This document shows positions 1-12,971 of a stretch of DNA of 64,000 nucleotides, piece after piece. A program made the translations under genes and the position numbers. The DNA lies in NCBI RefSeq assembly GCF_006345805.1, contig NC_043007.1, positions 19,530,001 to 19,594,000 on the forward strand, given 5' to 3'. The notes under the pieces were generated by a model that worked only from the letters and a program-made list of their open reading frames with translations, had not been told where the DNA came from and ran no database searches. The DNA comes from Octopus sinensis. Taxonomy: Eukaryota. The first letter of the stretch is position 1. Each line of letters starts with the position of its first letter.

Positions 1-227
1 TTTACTGCTCACAAGGGGCTACACACGGAGGGGACAAACAAGGACAGACAAACAGATTAAGTTGATTATATAGACCCCAGTGCGTAACTGGTACTTATTT
101 AATCGACCCCGAATTGATGAAAGGCAAAGTCGACCTCAGCGGAATTTGAACTCAGAACATAGCGACAGACGAAATACTGCTAAGCATTTCGCCCGGCGTG
201 CTAACGATTCTGCCAGTTCACCGCCTT
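1..227 (-). mobile_element. tRNA-derived SINE (family B here)
   Basis: Reverse complement of the GGCGGTGAGCTGGCAGAA..GTTCTGAGTTCAAATTCCGCCGAGGTCGAC.. element repeated many times in the window. Confidence 0.85.
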
Positions 228-269
228 GATTAAGCACTAATAATAAATTGATAGATTAACTAATTTTTA

Positions 270-640
270 ATGCGATGCAGCACTTGTCCCAACATTAACA
301 ATACTGTAACCACCACTGGGCCCAAAGCAGAATATCGTATTACTCAGAACTTCTGTTGTACACCTTTAAACCTTATATATTGCATTATAATCAAACTTCG
401 CGGCGCCCTTCCCATTGGGGAAACAGGTCGATGCCTTACTGATCGCTTTCAGGAGCTTATTCTAAGTTTAGAACTGAGCATCCCAGGCCTACTACCTGTT
501 GCAACCCACTTCTATACCACAAGTCTTTCCTTCACTCACGAATCAGAAGTGCGGCATCGCTGCATCCCATAGATCCAGATCCTCAAGGAAACGGTGGAAA
601 CGACCTTTCATATTCGAACTTGGTAGATATACCGTAATCA
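270..640 (+). pseudogene. Degenerate Penelope-like element GIY-YIG endonuclease fragment
   Basis: RCSTC...FCCTPLNLIYCI...PIGETGRCLTDRFQE...PVATHF, plus FIFELG in a downstream frame, match the PLE CxxC / N-IY / YIGETGR-L--RF-EH / LIF-LG pattern with key residues decayed. Confidence 0.75.
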
Positions 641-689
641 CTAGGAAACACCCTAACCACTAGGCCATGCGCATTCACAGAAGAACCAT

Positions 690-739
690 AGGAGGAGGAG
701 GAGGGGAGGAGGAGGAAGAGGAGGAGGAGGAGGGAGGAG

Positions 740-773
<34 letters not shown>

Positions 774-865
774 TGGAGGAGGAAAAGGATGTGGAGGAAG
801 AAGGAAGAGGAGGTGGAGGAGGAGAGGAGGAGGAAGAGGAGGAAGAGGAAGAGGAGGAGGAGGAG
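690..865 (+). repeat. (GGA/GAA)n purine-rich triplet repeat
   Basis: Directly visible. Confidence 0.95.
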
Positions 866-1195
866 GCACTCTTCGGTCATGATTGACCATGGGATTGCAC
901 CTAGAAAGTTACCCTCCGAGGCACAAGTCCGGGCAAGGTTGTTTGTGGAAGACCAGCAGTCGCCCATGCATACCAGCCTCCCCTCTCCATGCCACTGATG
1001 TTATCCAAGGGAAAGGCAAAGGGGCTGATACAGCTTGGGACCTGTGACGTTGCAACTCATTTCTACAGCTGAGTTAACTGGAGCAACGTGAAATAAAGTG
1101 TCTTGCTCGAGAACACAACACGCAGCCCGGTCCAGGAATCGAACTCACAACCATACGATCGTAAGCTCGACTCTCTAACCACTGAGCCATGCGCC

Positions 1196-1200
<5 letters not shown>
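866..1200 (-). mobile_element. tRNA-derived SINE with Meta-domain-like core
   Basis: Minus strand has A box TGGCTCAGTGG, B box GAGTTCGATTCC, then GAGCAAGACACTTTATTTCAC..CTCAGCTG. The resemblance to the MetaSINE core is from recall. Confidence 0.75.
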
Positions 1201-1251
<51 letters not shown>

Positions 1252-1717
1252 CATACATATGCACGCATACATGCATACATATATACATACATATATGCAT
1301 ATATAGACAAAAGAAATAAGCAAGGCGAACTGGGTCTCTGTCGATTTGCCGTGCAATGGAGTAACGATTGAAAAAGGTCAGATCTTTCCGATAGAACCGC
1401 ATGGTGAGATTATAAGCTAAAACAATACTGATCATACAACAAAAACAATAACAACATCTCACCAGAAACCTGATCTCTTAGACATTTGTCCAATCAGTTC
1501 AAAGAGTGGTCCGTCGGGTAGTAATAGTTCGATATTTGTTTGAAAAAGCAGTGTTATTTATTTAGGATATAACAAACGACAAACTTCATAACAGGGTCCC
1601 GGACCATTTCTACAGAGTCGTATTCTTCCGCTCTCAGTGTAGTGTTCCAGCATAGACTAACATACCGAGGGCATCCTATCACAAATCACAACGGAAAACA
1701 AGACATGCTTCTCTCCA

Positions 1718-1772
<55 letters not shown>

Positions 1773-2286
1773 CTAGCAGTAAGCCCGGCGTGCTCTCGGG
1801 TTTGTTTCGACCCTTTAGAATTGGAATTTTTAAAAAGTAAAAATGTTGCATTATGTAGCTTGTTATTCTCTTTAAGTGAAGACACAATAGTGACTTATAA
1901 ATCTTTAGTATACTTGCTAGTATATAACGGTTTCAAAACGGAATACAGTGTCCATACAAGCAATTTTTGAAAAGTAAAAATGTTGCATTATGTAGCTAGT
2001 TATTCTCTTTCAGTGAATATTTTTCTGGTTGAAATACACCGAAAAATGGCGACACAGCAGTCAAAAAATCGTAAAAAATAGGGATTTTCATAGTAAAAAA
2101 AGCACCTTTTGGATGTAAATAATTTTTGGTGTTAACATGGTCCGATTTGAATTTTTTCTTCTACGGAAGGAAGAGCAAGCCTTCTTCTATCATACTCTCA
2201 ATTATGGTCAACTTGCGCCGCAGGGTCTCGGAGGAGATAGTGTTAGTTGAAGGCTACAAAACCTGCCATACACAGACAACTTCAGC

Positions 2287-2322
<36 letters not shown>
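1773..2322 (-). mobile_element. Non-autonomous Helitron
   Basis: Minus-strand 3' end CCCG..CCGGG hairpin followed by CTAG|T; homologous to 10729-11152 and 40506-40770; flanked by (TA)n. Confidence 0.7.
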
Positions 2323-2328
<6 letters not shown>

Positions 2329-2794
2329 AGAAAAGAACTAATTTTGAACGACCGTAGTGAGCTGAACTCATAGAAATTCCCATACTGTTTCCTCGTGTAG
2401 TCTCTGGTTACCAAAATATTGATGTGGTAACTCACACGCGAACACCATATCTAATAACGGGATTTAAAACGAATGCGCTTACAATACATTCAAAGCTCTT
2501 TCTGCTCTTAATTAAATTCAAATTAATTTTCTGTCTAGATGCATACCTGCGCTATCTGTTAATATAAACATGAAACCCTGAACCAATAACGAAATTTTTC
2601 ATGTCTTTTGTATCAATCCGCTATTTTTAGATGTATTTTTCATATCTCACCATCGAGTTAATATCACTTTCTTGCGTTGTTATGAACTAAAATATTTAAC
2701 TGCAAAGACACCATACCCAGGCTCTATCTTATCTATCAATTACTCTAAGTATGGTTTAATGTATCTACATGGCATATCAGTTATCTATCTACGA

Positions 2795-3232
2795 GGCAGA
2801 AACGTTAGCACGCCGGGCGAAATGAAATGCGTAGCCGTATTTCGTCTGTCGTTACGTTCCGAGTTCAAATTCCGCCGAGGTCGACCTGCCTTTCAACTTT
2901 CGGGGGTCGATAAATAAGACCAGTTGACGCACTGGGTCGATCTAATCGACTTAATCCCTTTGTCTGTCCTTGTTTGTTTCCTCTATGTTTAGCCCCTCCT
3001 GGGCAATAAAGAAATAAGAAACGTTAGCACGCCGGGCGGAATGCGTAGCCGTATTTCGTCTGTCGTTACGTTCCGAGTTCAAATTCCGTCGAGCTCGACT
3101 TTGCCTTTCATCCTTCGGGGTCGATAAAATTAACTACCAGTTACGCACTGGGGTCGATGTAATCGACTTAATCCCTTTGTCTATCCTTGTTTGTCCCCTC
3201 TGTGTTTAGCCACTTGCGGTTAGTAAAGAAAT
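2795..3232 (+). mobile_element. Head-to-tail dimer of family B SINE
   Basis: AAACGTTAGCACGCCGGGCG.. occurs at ~2800 and again at ~3019. Confidence 0.85.
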
Positions 3233-3404
3233 ATATCTACGAGTGTGACTGTCTGTAAGTTACTCCATCCATCCACCCTGCCAAATTTGCATTCCAAAGA
3301 CAAGACATCTTCAAGGCCAGAAAATATATCCGCTCAGATCAGTTGATGACCAAAAACGGTCAACTAAAACCCATAAACTGGGACGATGGGGTTATTGTTA
3401 CACA

Positions 3405-3830
3405 TCCATCCATCCATCCATCCATCCATCCAAATATTTTCTCTGCCCATTATCCCAGGAGAGTCATGAAGATAGAGTCCTCGGACATCTCCTCCATTGG
3501 GGTCCTATCAGAATCAACCATCATTACACTTTTCGGTTTGATTCCGAAGCGTGACCGACACATTGGATATTATCCGACCACTTTGTTCTTGATCGACCCC
3601 TAAACTTCCCACCAATTGACTCTGGTTGAAGAATCCCTCTTGCGATTCCTTCCCGCGATATTCTAATCACGTGGCCGTAGCACCTGAACTGTGATCTCTC
3701 GATGCAGAGAAGCAACGACTCGAGCCGAAACTGATTCCCTGATCTGCGAGTTACTCACCCTGTCGAGTAACGTTACTCCCGAGATCTTCCGAAGGAACCC
3801 CATCTGGACCGCTTGTAGTCGCGCTCATAT
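3405..3830 (-). mobile_element. RTE-type LINE 3' fragment
   Basis: IERSQFRCYGHVIRI...GKFRGRSRTKWSDNI resembles the RTE ORF2 C-terminus; (GATG)n tail. Confidence 0.75.
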
Positions 3831-3878
3831 TATTTCGGTCATTGCCACAATTTATGACCAAAAGTAAAGATACACAAG

Positions 3879-4285
3879 CAGGAGTGGCTGTGTGGTAAGT
3901 AGCTTGCTTACCAACCACACGGTTCCGGGTTCAGTCCCACTGCGTGGCATCTTGGGCAAGTGTCTTCTGCTATAGCCCCGGGCCGACCAATGCCTTGTGA
4001 GTGGATTTGGTAGACGGAAACTGAAAAGAAGCCTCGTCGTATATATGTATATAATATCTGTATGTGTGTGTTTGTGGGTCTGTGTTTGTCCCCCTAGCAT
4101 TGCTTGACAACGATGCTGGTGTGTTACGTCCCCGTAACTTAGCGGTTCGGCAAAAGAGACCGATAGAATAAGTACTGGGCTTACAAAGAATAAGTCCCGG
4201 TCGATTTGCTCGACTAAAAGGCGGTGCTCCAGCATGGCCGCAGTCAAATGACTGAAACAAGTAAAAGAGTAAAGAGTAAAGAGTA
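3879..4285 (+). mobile_element. tRNA-derived SINE (family A here), full length
   Basis: CAGGAGTGGCTGTGTGGTAAG..GGTTCAGTCCC.. to (GAGTAAA)n tail; further copies at 26811-27195 and 30476-30840 plus many partials. Confidence 0.85.
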
Positions 4286-4531
4286 AACGTTTTCAATGGT
4301 ATTTCCAGAAAACGAAGATTGTTCAGCTGCACAGCTGATTGTCAAAGACTCACTCACCAACTCTTCCCAGCACCTGCTCCACATTAGTGTCAGCCCCTCT
4401 CCTCCTTCCTTTAATCTATCCATCTCAATACTACACAAATAGAAGGGGAAAAACCCAAGAAAAATGCAATAAAAGCTAACTGGACGAACTCAGTGAATAT
4501 ATTAAACTGACGCCCAATGAAAGATTTAGAT

Positions 4532-5105
4532 CAGTGGTTCCTAAGCTTTTTCGGGCTGCTGCCCCCTTGAGACATTCCTAGTGCCCCACCCCAACTAACC
4601 ATCACAAACAGAGACATCTTTCTGAAGTAAATTCAAAGCAATTGTATTTCAAAAATAAAACTTAATGAACCCTTTATTTTGTTGTTTTTACATGAATCGC
4701 TACCCCCATTATCGCCCCACTTTTTACATAAATCGTGGAGGCGCGTGGCTTAGTGGTTAGAGTGTCAGCATCAAGATCGTAAGATTGTGGTTTCGATTCC
4801 TGGACCGGGCGTCGCGTTGTGTTCTTGAGCAAAACACTTCATTTCACGTTACTCCAGTCCACTCAGCTGGCAAAAATGAGTAACGCTGCGATGGACTGGC
4901 GTCCCGTCCAGCTGGGGAACACATACGCCATAGAAACCGGGAAAGCGGGCCCATGAGCCTGGCTAGGCTTTAAAAGGGCGCATTTGTTTTTGTTTTTTTT
5001 ACATAAATCGCTCCCCCATTATCGCCCCGCTTTTCCTCAACGCCCCCTTGAAATTTCCCACAGTCCCTAGGAGGGAGGCACTAGCGCCCACTTTGGGAAC
5101 CAGTG
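4532..5105. mobile_element. hAT (Charlie-like) MITE containing a nested SINE
   Basis: TIRs CAGTGGTTCC / GGAACCAGTG; 8-bp flanks ATTTAGAT (4524-4531) and TTTTAGAT (5106-5113). Confidence 0.8.
4736..4995 (+). mobile_element. Young tRNA-derived SINE inserted in the hAT MITE
   Basis: A and B boxes; 15-bp TSD TTTTTACATAAATCG (4721-4735, 4996-5010); close reverse copy at 44150-44404. Confidence 0.85.
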
Positions 5106-5619
5106 TTTTAGATGGTAGAATTGGAGTGGAGAGGACGTTTCGACCTTGGCTCTTCGTCAGAAAGAGAGAGCAGTCCAGAGCGAAAGAAAAGAAGGAAGAA
5201 GAGAAAAGCATTATCTCTTTCCACTCCCCCCTTCTTCTCTATTACCCCCTACAGCCTCTTTCTTACTTCATAGATTCCACACCAACCTCATCCCTCCATC
5301 CTTCCTACCCACCCATCTACAACTATGGCCAGCTGAAATCCTTCCGCCCACTACTGTCCGCTCCCATTTTCCCCTTCATGTGTCGATCAAAAGACGTCCA
5401 AACTGAACGTTAACCGCAGCAATATCACCAGCTGGGAGAGGAGGAATTTCAAAATTAAAACCACTCTCCTCCTCCCTCCCTCCCTCTCACGCAACGCTTT
5501 TCTCAATTCACCATTTCCTTCTCATTACTTCTTCCCTGCTAAACATCTCTCTTCACTTATATTCACTCTACACCCACCCCCTCTCCTTGTCACTATGAGC
5601 ACATCCTTTAATTTTGTTG

Positions 5620-5695
5620 TTGTTGTTGTTTTTCTTCTTCTTCTTCTTCTTCTTCTTCTTCTTCTTCTTCTTCTTCTTCTTCTTCTTCTTCTTCT

Positions 5696-5736
<41 letters not shown>

Positions 5737-5921
5737 TTTTTTTGTTCTTTTCTTCCCTTTTACGATCCCTTTTGATCGAAAACCTACGCCATCCCTTTTT
5801 TTTTCTTTTGTTTTTTGTTCTCTTCATCCCCCAAAAGAAAAGCTCTACCTTGTAACTTGTCCCATCTGTGTGCAGCCCTGTGTGGCCAATAAAGAAACTT
5901 ATCTATCTATCTATCTATCTA

Positions 5922-5956
<35 letters not shown>

Positions 5957-6024
5957 GTTTGTCAATCTGTCTGTCTGTCTGTCTATTCATCAATTACTCT
6001 GTCCGTCTGTCTCTCTTTCCTTCT

Positions 6025-6061
<37 letters not shown>

Positions 6062-6457
6062 GTCTCTCTGTCTCTCTGTCTCTATCTCTCTCTCTCTCTG
6101 TCTCTCTCTCTCTCGCTATCTATCTATCTGTCTATCTACTGATCGATCAATCGATAGACAGATCAATCTATCGATTTGTCTCATTCCCTTTCTCCTCTAT
6201 GTATCGCACACAACACTGTTCTATTATTTCAACTACTACTACTACTACCACTACTGCAACCCTTGCACTTCAACTACCACCCTAGCCACAATTATAATCA
6301 ATTCTTGTCTAACTTTCCACAACACCCACCAACACCACCACCACCACCACTGCAATCACTACACTCTCTCGTTTTCCCCATATATATACATATACATATA
6401 CATATACATATATATATATACCCATGTGTATGCGTATGTATGTATGTATATGTCGGT

Positions 6458-6498
<41 letters not shown>

Positions 6499-6602
6499 CA
6501 CCCAGGTGTATGCGTATGTATCTATGTATATGTCGGTATGTATATATAATATATATTATATATATTACACCCAGGGTATGCGTATGTATCTATGTATATG
6601 TC

Positions 6603-6649
<47 letters not shown>

Positions 6650-6975
6650 CACTCCCACCCACCCGATTCTCTAGATTTTATTGTCACCCTTAATTTCTTT
6701 ACCAACATTAGCTGTCACCACTCTGAGTACCTCTGCCGCTCATTCTCTTCTTCTTCTTCTTCTTCTTCTTCTTCTTCTTCTTCTTCTTCTTTTCTTCTTC
6801 TTCTTCTTCTTCTTCTTCTTCTTCTTCTTCTTCTTCTCTTCTTCTCTCCCCCTCTCTCGTCATTAACAAATATATATATATATACACACACACGTACACA
6901 CACATAATTACACGCCCTTACATACATCCATACACACACACATACATACATACATACATACATACATACATACAT

Positions 6976-7008
<33 letters not shown>

Positions 7009-8177
7009 TACATACATACACACACGCATACATATACACACACACACACACATACACATACATACATACATACATACATACATACATACATACATACATA
7101 CAAACAAACGTACCTACATCTGCAATGTATGCACAGCAAAGGCAAGGACAATAACAACAATAACAACAACAGCAACAACAACAGCAGCGGCATTATCGAT
7201 CAGTTTTCCAATCACCTTCCAATGTTCCATCAGAGCAACAAAAGATCTTCTCCAATACACCGACATGACATGCCTTCTCTTCCATTTATCTTATTCTTTA
7301 TTGGAGGATATTTTGTGTCGTCTGCCTTATTGAAACTGTCTCAGCTGCGTATGTGTGTGCGGGCATATATGTATGTGTGTATGTATGTATGCACAGCTGT
7401 GTGTGTGTGAGCACGCGTGTATGTATGTGTGTGTGTGTTTGCGTGCGTGCGTCTATGTATGTATGTATATGTGTGTGCCTGCGTATGTGTATGTATATAT
7501 ATGTGTGTGCGTGTATGTATGTATGTGTGTATGTATGTATGTATGTATGTGTGTATGTGTATGTAAGTACGTACGTACGTATGTGTGTATGTATGTATGT
7601 ATGTATGTATGTATGTATGTATGTATGTATGTATGTGTGTGTGTGTGTATATATATATAAATGTGCATGTACATATGAATGTATATATGCATTTAATATA
7701 CGCAGGTGCATATGCGTATATGAATGTATGCATGCGTGTTGAATAGGTGTATATGTATATCACATATGTATGAAGTACAAGTGTGTGTGTGTGTAGTGTG
7801 GTATACATACATAAACACATACATACACACATACGCACACACATACAGCGTGTATAAACTCATACAGAGATTGACTGATAGGTAGAGGGGGCGTGTGTGT
7901 GTGTATGTATGTGTGTGTGTGCATGTGTGTGTGTGTGCGTGTGTGTATGAGTGTGTGTGGTGTGTGTGCACATATATATGTCTGTAAGTGCGTGGGTGTA
8001 CATTTGACGTGTGCGTTTGACGTATGTGCCTATATAGATTAAGTGTATATAGATTGGTTTTGTTGTTTAAGATTCAGCTGCTAATGTATAATGTAAAGTG
8101 GTGAAGCTTACAGCGAGTCCATCGATGTAATTAGCGTAATGTAGATAAGGGTATATATGTCCATATAAGTGTATTAG

Positions 8178-8235
<58 letters not shown>
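5620..8235. repeat. Compound microsatellite block: (CTT)n, (CTAT)n, (CT)n, (TA)n, (CATA)n, (GT)n, (CAA)n
   Basis: Directly visible; source of many stop-free low-complexity ORFs. Confidence 0.95.
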
Positions 8236-8242
<7 letters not shown>

Positions 8243-8432
8243 CCACCACCTCTGCTTGATGTGCTTACGTCTCCGAAACGAAGCCGTTCGGCAAAAATTG
8301 AATCAGAATAAATATCTGGCTTGAAGGAAAAAATCGTGGGTCCTATCATTCGACTGAAGATTCTCTCTCTCTCTCTCTTTCCCACTATCTCTCTCTCTTT
8401 CCCACTCTCTCTCTTCTCTCTCTCTCTCTCTC

Positions 8433-8473
<41 letters not shown>

Positions 8474-8602
8474 CCAGCAGGGTGGCGTCATTTGAAGGCT
8501 AAAGCAATGCGAAGCGCATTGTGACCAGCGATGTGTAGCAACATCTGATAGCCTGGTCGGTCACGGTGATCACGGTGATATATATATATGTGTGTGTGTA
8601 TT

Positions 8603-8650
<48 letters not shown>

Positions 8651-8655
8651 ATTAA

Positions 8656-8889
8656 AGGTTTAGCAACAAGTTGCTTCACCACATACCGAAAATTTAGAAA
8701 TAGCAGCCAAAAGACAGCTAATTCTTTTAAATACAAGCCAAAAAGAAGAAAAAATAACGAAATCAAACAGTCTACGATTTGAGTTCTGTTTGATTTCTTC
8801 TTTTTGGCTCGTAGTTAAAAGAATTAGCTGTCTTTTGGCTGGTATTTCTAAATTTTCGGTATGTGGTGAAGCAACTTGTTGCTAAACCC
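8656..8889. mobile_element. Fold-back MITE, Kolobok-like
   Basis: TTAA at 8652-8655 and 8890-8893; RR termini (AGGTTTAGC / GGGTTTAGC); arms of ~105-115 bp around a 15-nt loop. Confidence 0.65.
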
Positions 8890-9043
8890 TTAATTATATT
8901 TATAACTATATAAAAAAAACTTTTGTACAACTTTTTACCGATAATGTTTTTTTTTTCCATACCGAAACTACTTGGTAAAATTTGTTAATTATTAAATTAA
9001 TAATTTTTTACCCTAAATCTATAAATATATATATGTATATATA

Positions 9044-9089
<46 letters not shown>

Positions 9090-9506
9090 TATATCGTTTG
9101 TTTGTTTCAGTCATTAGAGATCGACCATGCTGGATCCTTGAAGAGTCTTTAGTCGAGTGATACAACCCCAGTGCTTTTTTTCTTCAAACCAGATATTTAT
9201 TCTATCAAATAATTTTGCCGAACGACTATTAGTGTGTATCGAGTGGAAAATGTTGGGTGTCGTCTGCTTTATCGAATTTGTGTGTCAGCAGTGAAGGGTG
9301 GTGTGTATATATTATACGCGTGAATGTTGTGAATGAAGGTTTTTGTGGGTTGTCTGTGTGTGCATGTATGTTTCTGTGTGTATGCGTTTCTTTGTGTAAT
9401 AAATATGCACGTTTATTTATGTGTGTGTGTGTGTGTGTGTGTGTGTTTGTCTGTGTCTGTGTGATATGTACGTGGTTTTGTATGTATACATCTATATGTA
9501 TGTATG

Positions 9507-9540
<34 letters not shown>

Positions 9541-9727
9541 TGTATGTATGTATGTATGCATGAATATATGTATGTATGTACGTATGAATATATATATACA
9601 TACACACACACGCATACATCTACATTTTAGTATATATGGATGCACATGTATATATGTGTCTCGTGTCCACACTCACTTTTAGCTGTGCGTAAGTCTATGT
9701 AGATGCAATGTCTGTGTTTTGTGTGTA

Positions 9728-9773
<46 letters not shown>

Positions 9774-10020
9774 TGCTGAGAAAGCTGCTTGAGTGAACTG
9801 GTTTTCTTCTCAGGAAACATAACAACTTGGCTATTTTTCCTCCATCACCGTTTATCGTACAATATTAAATAATTACCTAATCAAATCGGAGAACCGACTT
9901 ACAATTATATTCTGAGCCATCTTCATGACTACCAAGAAACTTAAAACTTGGATCGTTAACTTCAAAGGATAGGACAACGGTCAGTTAGTCGAAGTTTCGA
10001 AAGTTTGTCTGGATTTGATT

Positions 10021-10468
10021 TGTAGCGGATTTGAAACCACGATGAGACCGCTGTCGTTTCACGTGATCGGCCGATTAACCGACCAATCAGAGTTAAGCCA
10101 TCGCATGATTCGCCTTTCTAGAACTTCCTCGTTGAACCCCATATAAAGGTGGTTTTGGCAGCAACTCCAGAATGTCTGAGGCAGCCGCTTGATGCCTCCA
10201 TTCTCTCATGGCAGTTAGAAGGCACTGATTTTGTCACCGCGGATATAGCGCGATTATTTTCCAATTTTGATGAGTCAGCCACAGATTTTGATGAATCAGC
10301 CACAGATTTTGATGAGTCAGTCACAGATTGTCATAGATCCCAGTAGCATGTCTTTCCCGGTGAGTAATTGTCGCTGTTGTTGTTCATCAAAGACCAACAC
10401 AGAAAACATGATAAGCAGTAAATAAACCTTATTTTAATTATTCGTGAGCGTTGTTATTTACTTCTACA
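10021..10468 (+). mobile_element. Probable LTR of an LTR retrotransposon
   Basis: TGTAG...CTACA termini; CACGTG 10060, CCAAT 10083, TATAAA 10142, AATAAA 10421; followed by GGCAGCGCTGGA (PBS-like). No TSD found. Confidence 0.5.
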
Positions 10469-10728
10469 GGCAGCGCTGGAAAGAAATACGCATTCACCAA
10501 CAACACCACCTCATGACAAGATCAAAAACTCAAAATGATATTACCGAATGACTGACACGATCTTTTTCACCTCACAGTACACCACATTTGCAGGCGAATA
10601 TAACGAGCAATAATTTTACTTTTCGTTTTATTTTTAAACGTACCAAAATATGTCCTGCATCTAATGCGGGTGGGAAACTGGGCGTCGTAGGCTAGAGAGG
10701 CGAAAGAGCATTTGCCCGCTTGTCACAA

Positions 10729-11152
10729 TCTATATATATAAAGCTGAAGTTGTCTGTGTGTGTGTGGCCGGTTTGGTAGCCTTCAACTAACACTATCTCC
10801 TCCGAGACCCTGCGGCGCAAGTTGACCAAAATTGAGAGTATGATAGAAGAAGGCTTGCTCTTCATTCCGTAGAAGAAAAAATTCAAATCGGACCATGTTA
10901 ACACCAAAAATTATTTACATCAAAAAGGTGCTTTTTTTTCTATGAAAATCCCTATTTTTACGATTTTTTGACTGCTGTGTCACCATTTTTCAGTGTATTT
11001 CAACCAGAAAAATGTTCACTTAAAGAAAATAACAAGCTACATAATGCAAAATTTTTACTTTTCAAAAATTTCTTGTATGGACACCGTATTCTGTTTTGAA
11101 ACCGTTATATACAAGCAAGTATACTAAAGATTTATAAGTCACTATTGTGTCT
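10729..11152 (+). mobile_element. Non-autonomous Helitron, 3' truncated
   Basis: 5' A|TC-TATATATATAAAGCTGAAG; homologous to 1773-2322. Confidence 0.7.
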
Positions 11153-11487
11153 TACATTCTGTGTTAGCTATGCGTGGAGTGGAGCAACGAGAAATAAAGT
11201 GGCATGTTCTGGGGCACAATACACCGATGAGAATCGAACGCACGATTATAATTTTATAATGGTGAGCTGAATGCTGTTATCACTAAACTGCGCACCTTCA
11301 TGGAATGGGGCCAAAAAGCAAGAAATCCTCTAAGTGGTCGTTCTTCGTCCTAGAAGTGGAAGCTGCGTCTCCCTCGGCAGACCTGTTATCAAAATCATTC
11401 CAACCGTGGCTCCGACTCAAGGAAGATTCCAGGATGCGTTTTGTGTGTAATATTTATACCTGCGTTCATATGATACTTATGTTCGCA

Positions 11488-11488
11488 G

Positions 11489-11534
<46 letters not shown>

Positions 11535-11875
11535 CGCGGGCGTGTGTATGTGCGTGCGTGTGTAGGTGCGTGTGCGTGCGTGTGAGTGTGCGTGTGTGTG
11601 CCCGCGCGCATGTGTGTATGTGTACGTGTGTGTGTCCGTGTGTAGGTGCGTGTGTGTGTGTGTGTGTGCGTGTGAGTGTGCGTGTGTGTGTGTGAGTGAG
11701 CGTGCGTGTGTGTTTGTGTGCGTCTTTGTGTGTGTGCGTGCGTGTGTGAGTGTGTATGTGTATGTGCGTATGTGTGTATGTGTATGTGTGTGCATGCGTG
11801 TGTGTGTGTGTGCGTCTGTATGTGTGCCTGTAGGCGCGCGCGTGCGTGCGTGCGTATTTGTGTGTGTGTGTGTAA
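11488..11875. repeat. Degenerate (GT/GC)n microsatellite
   Basis: Directly visible. Confidence 0.95.
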
Positions 11876-12238
11876 ACAGCGTTGAATTTCAGGATTCCTC
11901 TATTAAGCTGTCAGCATGACATTAGTAATGCAAGGGAAATAACTCGATAACATATACGCTTTATATTAACAGAGTTATGTCCCTTCTAATACATTTTTCG
12001 CTTTCTTTCTACCAAGGAATTTCTATTTTGAATTTTGTCTTGTACACTACAGTTTTTGTTCCTGCTTGGGCCGTTTGCGTGTGTATATATCCGAGGGCAA
12101 CATGTGGATTTGTATTCTTTTTATGTCTTCACTGGATATCTCGGCAATGAATTGAAAAGAAACAAAATAGAAAAAGCAAACTAAATTATCAATCTAAGCA
12201 GAAGAAAATGATTGAGTCAACTCCATTTTGTGAATATA

Positions 12239-12621
12239 TCTCTCTCTATATAAACGGCAGTTTGTCTGTGTGTGTTTCTGTGTGTCTGTTAGGTTGTACC
12301 CTCACCCTGACCACGGCTTTCAACCGATTCTGATGAAACTTGACACACACATAGCCCAATGTCATAATTCAAAACTAACGCAGCGAAAATTTTGAAAAGT
12401 TCCCCCAGTTCTGAAAAAAATCGATAAATTCGACATGGGGTCGAGAATCAGAAACCCAAACCACAGACCGTCTAGGGGGCGCAACTCCACCTTTTTTAAC
12501 TCTCAAAAAAATTTACCATCATTTTTTTCCATTTTTTTGCTATTTTTTGGCTATAACTCTCTAAAAATGCTTTATAGTTATTTCCCTTACAAACCTGAGC
12601 AACACCGGGCGATACTGCTAG
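12239..12621 (+). mobile_element. Non-autonomous Helitron (second family)
   Basis: 5' A|TC; 3' CCTG..CCGGG hairpin followed by CTAG|T at 12618-12622. Confidence 0.7.
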
Positions 12622-12684
12622 TTCTGTAATAAAATTCAGTTCTGTATTAACATTAATTTTAGCGTTGACATAATAATAATAATG

Positions 12685-12727
<43 letters not shown>

Positions 12728-12915
12728 ATTTATTTATTTATTAATTTTTTTTTAATACATATTTTACCTGTGAATTTGCGTGTGTAATCTGGGAATGCAT
12801 ACAATGAGCTTCTCTGCCCTAGGTGTACGGAAAACACTCGGCGAGAAACGGAAGAAAATTTTAAGAAAGAAGGAAAAAACATAATAATAATAGTAATAAC
12901 AACAACAACAACAAC

Positions 12916-12971
<56 letters not shown>

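Noticed and set aside
8255-8292. Hammerhead-like GAAAC-GAAGCC-GTT
   Set aside because: The upstream core reads TTGATGT rather than CTGANGA, and stems I and II do not form.
5595-12000. Numerous 60-270-aa ORFs (poly-[13 protein letters not shown])
   Set aside because: Translations of microsatellites lacking stop codons; the same applies to similar ORFs throughout the window.
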